Shown: piece after piece, positions 55,411-64,000 of the stretch
How the letters are laid out: the number at the start of each line of letters is the position of its first letter
Numbering within the stretch: position 1 is the stretch's first letter
The notes under the pieces: model-generated
Databases searched by the model: none
What the model saw: only the letters and a program-made list of their open reading frames with translations
What the model was told of the DNA's origin: nothing
Assembly (NCBI GenBank): GCA_964016885.1
Contig: OZ024745.1
Coordinates: 72,106,001-72,170,000, forward strand
From: Eledone cirrhosa
Lineage: Eukaryota
DNA length: 64,000 nucleotides
Reading direction: 5' to 3'
Position numbers and translations under genes: made by a program

Positions 55411-55774
55411 GTATATATATACTATCAACAGTAATTTTAAACATCAGATATAAACAGTAAGAATCTTCTTTGTTATCTTTATTGGTTAGCCCGAACGCTG
55501 GGAGCGCTCAAGCCTCTAAGGAATTTGCAAATTTTCTTTTTTGCAGTACAAGCAAGTATTAATTCGTACCGGCATCAATTCGCCACAAAGAAAGCTCTGT
55601 AGGTAGCATTCCAATTAAAAAGCCGTTATATTTGTTGCCCATTTTCCTTATAACTCCGTATTAAATACACTTAACAAAAATCATTCGAAACGCTTCTTAC
55701 CCACTTCATCTTCGCCTTAAAGTGCACACACTCGTTTGAAGTGAAACACCTGCGAACCACTCTAACAAAATAAT

Positions 55775-55959
55775 TGTTTCTACTTTTGGCACAAGGCCAG
55801 CAATTACCCAATACATTACTGGTACTTTATGTTATCGACCCCGTAAGGATGAAAGACAAAGTCAACCTCGGCGGGATTTGAACTCAGACTGTAAAGGGAC
55901 GTAACTAAGCTAGAAAGCATGGCGTCCAACCCTCTACCGATACTACCAAACCACCGCCT
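55775..55959 (-). mobile_element. Full-length young SINE family 2 with 17-bp TSD
   Basis: CACTCTAACAAAATAAT at 55758 and 55960. Confidence 0.9.
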
Positions 55960-58438
55960 CACTCTAACAAAATAATGGGAACAATCTCGATGATGTTCCC
56001 TCTAATACGCTGAAACCATGCTTTCTTGAACTAGTTCCTACTTGGCATTCTTTCCATTTCTTCTCTCAGTACCGCTGCCTAATAAGAATTCCATTTTCCA
56101 GCTATAGATGGTTTTTAACATCTTATAATAAACAAAATACTTCCATATTCATGGGGTTACTGAAAATTGCATCTAGGATTGGCGTACAGATCAATACAGA
56201 ACCTAGATACGAATAATACGACTTTCAAGTGAAAGTTGAAAGTAAACCACCCTCTCTCGAGCTCATTAGCTTAGAGCCTTTCCCGGCTTCGTTGGCTTGA
56301 CGGACAGAGAGTACATGATTTCGTCCTGTATATGCTACTGTTTTAGCTGAGTGTACAGAATAAACGTGAACTAAAGTGTCTTGCTCAAGGATATAATGCA
56401 GCAAGACTCAAACCCTCGATCTTACGATTGTCAATTCAACATAATAACCACTACGTCCCAATGGTTTAATCAGCTACTGATACTATGATTTAAATGATTA
56501 AATGCGAAATAATTGATTATGTAATCGCCATGTAAAGACAAATCCTAATATTTCTAGAGTGGGGAACTACGTTATATGTATGGGCTTAGTGTAAATTTAT
56601 ATTTTTAGTTGATATTTATAGAATCAAAGAACGTAAAATACTTTGTTACTGGTGGTGTGGGAAATGGAATGTTTAGTGTATTCTTTCGGTAAGGTTAGAA
56701 ATCATCTGGAGTCTATCATAGCATCAATGTCTTTCATCTGCAAGACAAGGTTAGCAAGCATCTGAAAGTAATTCTAGAATTATCACAGCTTCCAATGAGA
56801 TCAGTAATAGATATTGGGTGTTCATACCGTTGTACACGTGTGGAATGTAGCATTGTCTCTATTACCATATTATTATTAATATAAAGTCAAAGACCTGTGT
56901 ATTGGAAGACACGTTAGAACTTCGAATAGAATACTCTATGGTATCAGTTCTAGTACGTTGCGCTCTGAGTTCAAATCCTAACGATGTCAGCATTGCTTTT
57001 CAATCTTCCAGAGTCAAGAAAATAAACTAACAGTAAATTACTGAGTTCTATATAATCGATTTTCTTCTCACTTCAAGTTTATGGTCTTGAAGTTATCAGA
57101 AAATATTCTCAATCGAATCGGTAAACTTTATAATGAATAAACAAATAAGTATTCTTCCTTTATTCTTTTGTTTTACAAAGCCGGTACAATGTGGTAAAAA
57201 TTACGAAGGGCAAATTATGGTACACAAAACAAAGTAACGTAATGTTTTATCTAGTGTTACAGAACTAAAGTCAAATCCGGACTAACTTCAGCTTCATCTC
57301 ATTGGAACTCTGAATATTATATGATAATCCATCAAGTGTACTGATGTACAACAAATTAACATTTTAATATATAATAATTGTTATAACTCAACACCAATTC
57401 CTTAAACTGAAGCATATAATCAGAGAGCCACTGCTCCGGTTTTATATTTAAAGAACCTATAAGCAGTTATAGATTATGATATTGAATATAGAATCATAGA
57501 GGTAAACAACGGAATTCTGGATTTATGTTCTTTTCTAAATGACAATTTCAAATGTTTGCAATGGTAAAATGAAAACACACCACCAAAATTCTAATTATTT
57601 GTAATCACAAAAGAGGTCAAACGTGCATCATTTTACGACATAAATTATTTCTAAATTACGATCGTTTTTTTAGCAGAGAGAGGGAATTGATGGAACTTAC
57701 TTTATCAAGCAAGGTAAAAAAATAGCAAAATTAAATCAAATATAATAAAAAAAAATAATAAAAGTCAACTCAAGCAGAATTTGAACAGGAAAATGAGGAG
57801 CCAGATTAATATGATGCAAAATTTTATGGCTCCAAGAAGATAGAAAAATAGTCTGCTAACGTCGTTCTCAGGAGTATTAGCGACTTAAGTGAAGCGAGAA
57901 GGTTCCACCCAAGATTGAAAAATTGTGTCAGAAAATTGACACGATGGGAATTTACCTCAACTCTACGGGGCTCATCCTAGCAAATATTTCAATGTAGGAA
58001 GTACAATCCAGGTTTTTTCAACTGACGTCCATGCATAACTGCCAAACACAATACTTTTGACAACTATTTTATGGAGGAAGATTTAATTTCATCGCGAATT
58101 TATTTAGTAAATAAAATGATAAATTCAAAAATCCTTCATTATTGAAGTTTGTTTATATATTGCACTGTATATTTCCGAAACAGATTATTATTTTTTATTT
58201 CCTGTCGATAAGAAATCTGAAAATTACGCCCAGACAATTGTAGGAATATTATCGTACCAAGACATCCTACTTCACAGCATATTTATCGACAGAAAAGACA
58301 TCAAAATTAATCTGACGTCATCTTACGTTCATGTAGCGCATCATTATATTGTATGTATGTATGTATGTATGTATGTATGTATGTATGTATGTATGTATGT
58401 ATGTATGTATGTATGTATGTATGTATGCATGTATGTAT

Positions 58439-58846
58439 GAGAGATGACCCCTTAGCCTTTGTCAAGGCAGAATTCTAGGAGAAGGAAAACTCTGATATAA
58501 CACCTGCAACCGTCATGGTATCCAATGATGTTGACTTGTTCTTCTTTTTGGTAAATATCATCTTGGTTAAGAGAGTGGGACTGGCTTTGTGCAGTGCCTT
58601 TGCTCACTATAAAAGCTTCACGGCACAGGCATTGTTTTATATCTGGAGATCTTTCTGCACTTGTCGTTACATGGTGCCATGGGGCCAGCACTATGTGTCA
58701 ATAGTTGTCACAGGTGTGGTGTTTGTACCAGAGTTTTCAAGTCGCTGGCTGGACTAAAAAGTCATATTCGTTCAGCGCATCGGTAGGAGTTATCCTACAT
58801 GGATATAAAGTATTGGCCGTACTCGAAAACGAGTTGGCAGCCACCA
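58439..58846 (+). mobile_element. Non-autonomous element X, copy 2
   Basis: Direct repeat of 58944-59350; preceded and followed by (GTAT)n. Confidence 0.8.
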
Positions 58847-58943
58847 TGTATATATATGAGTGTATGTATGTATGTATGTATGTATGTATGTATGTATGTA
58901 TGTATGTATGTGTGTATGTATGTATGTATATATATATATCTGG

Positions 58944-59350
58944 GAGAGATGACCCCTTAGCCTTTGTCAAGGCAGAATTCTAGGAGGAGGAAAACTCTGA
59001 TATAACACCTGCAACCCTGATGGTATCCAATGATGTTGACTTGTTCTTCTTTTTGGTAAATATCATCTTGGTTAAGAGAGTGGGACTGACTTTGTGCAGT
59101 GCCTTTGCTCACTATAAAAGCTTCACGGCACAGGCATTGCTTTATATCTGGAGATCTCTCTGCACTTGTCGTCACATGGTGCCATGTGCCCAGCACTATG
59201 TGTCAATGATTGTCACAGGTGTAGTGTTTGTACCAGAGTTTTCAAGTCGCTGGCTGGACTAAAAAGTCACACTTGTTTAGCGCATCGGTAGGGGTTCTCC
59301 TAGATGGATATAAAGTAGTGGCCGTACTCGAAAATGAGTTGGCAGCCACC
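58944..59350 (+). mobile_element. Non-autonomous element X, copy 3
   Basis: Same start (GAGAGATGACCCC) and end (GGCAGCCACC + (ATGT)n) as copy 2. Confidence 0.8.
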
Positions 59351-59420
59351 ATGTATGTATGTATGTATGTATGTATGTATGTATGTATGTATGTATGTAT
59401 GTATGTATGTATGTATGTAT

Positions 59421-60892
59421 GTTCTTCTGGTTTTATAATTTCACAAAGTTTTACCAATAGAGAGAGAGTCGGTTTCTAACATAGACACAAGACTCTCTCA
59501 TTGGAATTTACACAACATCAACTAGGTAGATATGTATGTCTGCATGCATGCATGTGTAGATATGGATGTTATTGTATGTGTGGATGTGTATGTTTTGAGT
59601 TGTATGTGTGCATGTGTATATGCTTTGTATCTGTACATGTGTATGTGCAGTTATTAGATGCATAATTTTTGGAATGTTTTACATATTTTTACTGTTCCAT
59701 TAATGGATTGTACTTGTAATTTCCTAACTAGTTGTGTTCTTTCTGTTCCTGTGAAGCCTAGCTTCTCAAGATTTGTATTGAGGCAGTTACTAACATATCC
59801 CAGTGCCCCAATAATCACAGGCATAAATCTGAAGGTGTAATCAAGGTGGAGTATCTGCAGATTTCTCATAAGTTCTGCATAAATATTCTCCTTTTCACTA
59901 ATCTTTGATATTATATTGGCATCTGCTGGGCAGCTAATTTCCACTACTGTGCATGTTTTCTTCTCCCTGTCCCATATCATAATATCTGGTCTCTTATGCC
60001 TGCATTTTATTGGGGTTTTTACTGGAACATTCCACCAGTACTCTTTCATATTATGTACATGGATGTCTTCCACATTGTTGTAGCTTTTAATGTGTTTGTT
60101 ATCGGGGCTATCTTTTTTACGAACTGCATTGTACAGTGTTTTAGCCACTACATCATGCCTCATAGGTAGATAGTACCGCGATGACATCTTTGGGCAGCTG
60201 CTGATGACATGGGTGATATCCTCGATGTTAGTTCTGCAGAGTCTGCACTTGTTATCACATATAGGTGTTTTGCCTGCATCCCTATCTCTTTTGTGAATCA
60301 GGTAATTCGTGCTAATCTCCTGTTCTTGGATTGCAAAAGCGTATCCTTCAAAGTGGGAGCCAATATAGCGGTTGTTGGTCCAAGATAGACTACTTTCCTT
60401 ATCTATATTACTCTCACCCTGGAGCTTCCTGGCAACATATCCATGCATGATTTTTTGCTGATAGGCATGCAGTTTTTCATCCATGGATTCACTGCGATAG
60501 TGCTGAGCGACATCCCTGGGTGTGAGTTTTTAATTATCACACAGGGAATATCTCTCAAGGAGTTCCTTGCCAACTCTCATGATCTTATCTGTTTCATGCA
60601 GATAAACTTGCTCGAGAAGCGGGCTCCTACGCTTCGAGGTTCGTAGATGTTGTCGGAGAGATATGATGCGACATTCAAATGTTGTCTGGACTGATGTTAG
60701 GCCTCTGCCTCCCTGCTTACGTTTCAAGTAAAGGCGGTCTATGTCACTGTTGATGTGGAAGTTTCCGGTGTTGTTCAGTATTTTTCGAGTTCCAACATCA
60801 ACTGCTTGGATTTCGTCTATCGTCCAATTGAGTATTCCAAACGTTGGTGTTAGGACAGGCACAGCAAACACATTGTGAGCCACTGTTTTGTT
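59421..60892 (-). mobile_element. 5'-truncated R4/Dong-like non-LTR retrotransposon, family B, in (ATAC)n
   Basis: ORFs 60530-60892 and 59654-60484: DIDRLYLKRKQGGRGL, AIQEQEIST, CRLCRTNIEDITHVISSC (CCHC), MRHD, RPDIMIWD...VEISCP...EKENIY (RLE); (GTAT)n at both ends. Confidence 0.9.
59654..60484 (-). pseudogene. C-terminal CCHC + restriction-like endonuclease region of family B ORF
   Basis: Motifs as above; separated from the upstream ORF piece by a frame disruption near 60500-60530. Confidence 0.85.
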
Positions 60893-61287
60893 TGTATGTA
60901 TGTATGTATGTATGTAAAATTTTAATTTTTTTTTAGCCATGTTACATAACATGGCTAAAATTCAAATTTTGCAAAGAGAAGAAAACGGACAAATGAACTA
61001 GATACATCTCACTGTCCCCAGCCACCACAATAACGTCTACACTCTCTCCCCACCATCACATGTCATTACCCTATCTAGACTAAAGTCATCGACCTGTTGT
61101 CAAACTCTCTACTCTGTGTTGAATGTGTATATAAAAAAAACCCCACAAACAAACAAAAAAACTCAAAATAACAAAACACACACACACACACGCAAACAAC
61201 AACAACATCAACTGCCACCACCACCACCACCGCCGCCATCACCATCACCAGCGACCGGGCCTTAAGAAAACAACTTTAATAATAATA

Positions 61288-61436
61288 ATTTTTCTGCTTT
61301 TGGCACGGATCCAGCGACTGGTCCAGCGCATTACTGGTACTCTCTTTTGTTGACCCCTTGGGGATGAAAGGCAAGGTTGACCTCGGCGGGATTTAAGCTC
61401 AGAGCATGAAGAGCCATAGCTCTATGCTGTAAAGCA
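61288..61436 (-). mobile_element. Diverged SINE family 2
   Basis: GGATGAAAGGCAAGGTTGACCTCGGCGGGATTT. Confidence 0.75.
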
Positions 61437-61708
61437 ATTATAATAATACTATAATAAGACTGTAATACGATCGGCTTCAACTATACAAACACTTGAAAGT
61501 CAACAGTTGACAATCTTGTATCAGTAATGACGGTAATATATATATATATATATATGTGTGTGTAAGTGAGTAGCGTGTGTGTGTTTGTATGTATGTATGA
61601 GTGTTGCTGCGCGCGCGCGTATGTATGCGTGTGTGTGCGCGCGTATGTATGCGCGTGTGTGTATGTCGTACGTATAAGTGTCATTAAGTGATTTTTTTTT
61701 TTTTTTTT

Positions 61709-61990
61709 GCGCGGGGATATAGAAATAATCGGGCTGGATGCCCGATCGCGCAGTTAAACCACTGGGAGTGAAGAACCCCTAGCCCTTGTCGGCATTCTTC
61801 TAGGAGAAGGCATCTCAGGAAACTGGGTTAACTCCGACATAAAACCTGCGGCTCAGTAGTTACCGATGATGTTGATCTTTTCTTCTTTTTGGGTTATAGC
61901 TACTGTCGCTCAGAGAGTGGGATTGGCTCAGTGCACAGTCTTTCCTCACTTTAAAAATATTCGTCACGCACAGGAATTGCACGAGTGCAT
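61709..61990 (+). mobile_element. Diverged relative of element X (longer 5' end, 3' part missing)
   Basis: CCCTAGCCCTTGTCGGC..TTCTAGGAGAAGG...GATGATGTTGA.TTTTCTTCTTTTTGG...AGAGAGTGGGA.TGGCT aligns to 58448-58632. Confidence 0.65.
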
Positions 61991-62009
61991 TAATAATTAT
62001 TAATAGTGT

Positions 62010-64000
62010 ATTATTATTATTATTATTATTATTATTGTTATTGTTATTCCTTGAATCTCAGTCATTGATGTTGGTTAACTGGAAAGTCCGTTGGATTGAA
62101 TATCAAGCCACTACCTGCAGCCTCAGATATTCAGGACGTATCGGAGGGTTCTTGCTGTTCCAAGCAAGCATGCCTTTTGAAGCGTTCCAAAAAGCGTGAA
62201 GGGGCCGATTTTCTTTAACCATCCCTGGAAACTTTTGGAGATAGTCCCCAGTGCGCCTATGACAATCGGGATCACTTTGACTTCATGGCAGTTCCAAATC
62301 CTTTTCACCTCCCACTTTAGGTCCTGGTATCGGTTAATTTTCTCCCTCTCCTTCTCTTGCACTCTCGTGTCGAACGGGCAGGCCACATCCACAATCAGGC
62401 ACGATCTTTTTTCTTTGTCCACAACCACCAGGTCAGGTCTATTGTGTTCCAGTTTTTTGTCCGTCTGTATCCTAAAATCCCACAGCACCTTCACCTGATT
62501 GTTCTCCATCACCGCCTCTGGCCTATGCTCATACCATTTCTCAGAATGTGGTAGATTGTTTACTTTGCACAGGTGCCAGTGGATCACCCTGCCCATCACA
62601 TCGTGTCTCCAGCCCTTATAGTGGGTCTGGGCTAGGTGTTTACACTCGGACACAATGTGAGCCACAGTCTCCTCTCTCTCTCCACAGATCCTGCACAGTG
62701 GGCTGGCCTCCTCCTTGTAGATATGGTGCTTCAACCACTTCGTTTTGAGGGCCTGCTCCTGCGCAGCCATTAGCATTCCTTCTGTAGCCTTTTTGAGGTC
62801 TCCTCTTCTCAACCAGTTCCATGTCTGTGGATCTCTAAATTCAGTTTTCTCAAAGAAGGTACTATGAAGGGGTTTTCCCTTAAGGCTGCTCTTCCTCCTT
62901 GATGTTATTTCCTCCCTGGACATCCCCTGGCCTACTGTCCCCTCCTTCAGTACAGCTCTGACCATTGGCTCCTTACTATAGGTCACGTATTTGTATAGGT
63001 TGTTTTTCTCCATCTGAACACAGTCCTCTATGCTGATAAGACCTCTTCCACCTTCAGATCTCCTTAGGTAGAGTCTATCGACATCACTCCTCTTGTGGAA
63101 CATGTTGTAGATAGTCAATATCTTCCTAGTCTTCCTATCCATTTCTTTCTGTTCAGCAACATTCCATCTCAGAATTCCCGCACTGTACCTAATAATAGAC
63201 ACAGCTCGGGAATTTACTGCGCTTATGGCATTTCTGCTGTTCAGATGTGACTTCAATACGCTCCTTACTCTCCGAATGTATTCAGTTCTTAACAATTCCT
63301 TCATTTTTTTGTTCTTTATGCCATCAGCCTCCAGAACGCCCAAATACTTGTATCCTTCCTCAGAGTCAATTTCCTTTATCATCTCACCTGTTGGTATCTG
63401 GATCCCGTTACTTCTGCTCAACCTACCCCTCTTCATCACAATGACTCCACATTTACCAATACCAAACTGCATACATATATCACTGCTGAAAATACGGACA
63501 GTGTCAACAAGCACATCCAACTCCTTCTCACTTTTCCCGAAGAGCTTAAGATCGTCCATGAAGAGGAGGTGATTGATGGTAAGCTCTCCCCTTCCCAACT
63601 TGTATCCTGCTCTCACTTTTCGCAGCATAATGGTCAAGGGCATCAGGGCAAGGACAAACAACAGAGGGGACAGGCTATCTCCCTGGAAGATACCTCTCTT
63701 GATCTTCACGCTTCCCAAGGATACTCCAGTTGATGTCAACTCTGTCTCCCAGGACCCCATACTCCTGCCTAGCAACTGTCTGATGTTATCTGCCACCCTG
63801 AAGATCTCCAGGCTTTTGGTGATCCAGGAATGAGGCACCATGTCAAATGCCTTTCTGTAGTCTATCCATCCCATGGCAAGATCAGTGTGTCTCCTCCTGC
63901 AATTCCCCATTACCATCTTATCAATAAGCAACTGGTCCTTTGTACCACGTGACTTCTTTCGGCATCCTTTCTGTTCGTCCGGTAACAAGTTGTTTGTGTG
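62010..64000 (-). mobile_element. R4-clade (Dong/Rex6-like) non-LTR retrotransposon, family A, with (TAA)n tail; continues beyond window
   Basis: ORF with RT and RLE, ~75-bp 3' UTR, (TTA)n on plus strand at 62010-62047. Confidence 0.92.
62123..64000 (-). CDS. Reverse transcriptase + CCHC zinc knuckle + restriction-like endonuclease (partial, open to the window edge)
   Basis: [74 protein letters not shown]...VDVACP...EKINRYQDL; no stops in over 620 aa. Confidence 0.95.
   Translation of the reverse strand, partial: HTNNLLPDEQKGCRKKSRGTKDQLLIDKMVMGNCRRRHTDLAMGWIDYRKAFDMVPHSWITKSLEIFRVADNIRQLLGRSMGSWETELTSTGVSLGSVKIKRGIFQGDSLSPLLFVLALMPLTIMLRKVRAGYKLGRGELTINHLLFMDDLKLFGKSEKELDVLVDTVRIFSSDICMQFGIGKCGVIVMKRGRLSRSNGIQIPTGEMIKEIDSEEGYKYLGVLEADGIKNKKMKELLRTEYIRRVRSVLKSHLNSRNAISAVNSRAVSIIRYSAGILRWNVAEQKEMDRKTRKILTIYNMFHKRSDVDRLYLRRSEGGRGLISIEDCVQMEKNNLYKYVTYSKEPMVRAVLKEGTVGQGMSREEITSRRKSSLKGKPLHSTFFEKTEFRDPQTWNWLRRGDLKKATEGMLMAAQEQALKTKWLKHHIYKEEASPLCRICGEREETVAHIVSECKHLAQTHYKGWRHDVMGRVIHWHLCKVNNLPHSEKWYEHRPEAVMENNQVKVLWDFRIQTDKKLEHNRPDLVVVDKEKRSCLIVDVACPFDTRVQEKEREKINRYQDLKWEVKRIWNCHEVKVIPIVIGALGTISKSFQGWLKKIGPFTLFGTLQKACLLGTARTLRYVLNI

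Noticed and set aside
59341-59353. Perfect Kozak-like GCCACCATG at the end of element X
   Set aside because: The ATG is the first unit of the (ATGT)n tail and only microsatellite follows; probably coincidental
62196-63833. Plus-strand ORFs overlapping the Dong RT
   Set aside because: Antisense shadows of the minus-strand coding frame

Overview
Eukaryotic, AT-rich, microsatellite-saturated DNA, most likely a cephalopod (octopus-like) intronic or intergenic region, judged from the SINE families. No intact host protein-coding gene is evident; most ORF-track entries are microsatellite translations. Main contents: (i) an apparently intact R4/Dong-clade non-LTR retrotransposon ORF (RT + CCHC + restriction-like endonuclease) with a (TAA)n tail running off the right edge; (ii) a second R4/Dong-like family that sits in (ATAC)n tracts; (iii) several Penelope-like element (PLE) remnants in (TA)n, including a GIY-YIG ORF, minimal hammerhead ribozyme motifs and fold-back ends; (iv) a 10.9-kb array of about 17.7 apparently identical 615-bp non-coding units bounded by (TA)n, each with a hammerhead-like motif (candidate retrozyme or rolling-circle product); (v) a perfect 640-bp palindrome centred on (TA)n; (vi) many tRNA-derived SINEs, a 5S-derived SINE candidate, RTE fragments, a deleted DD37D/maT transposon and a two-phase minisatellite; (vii) a few candidate small minus-strand exons. 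All alignments and RNA folds were done by eye.
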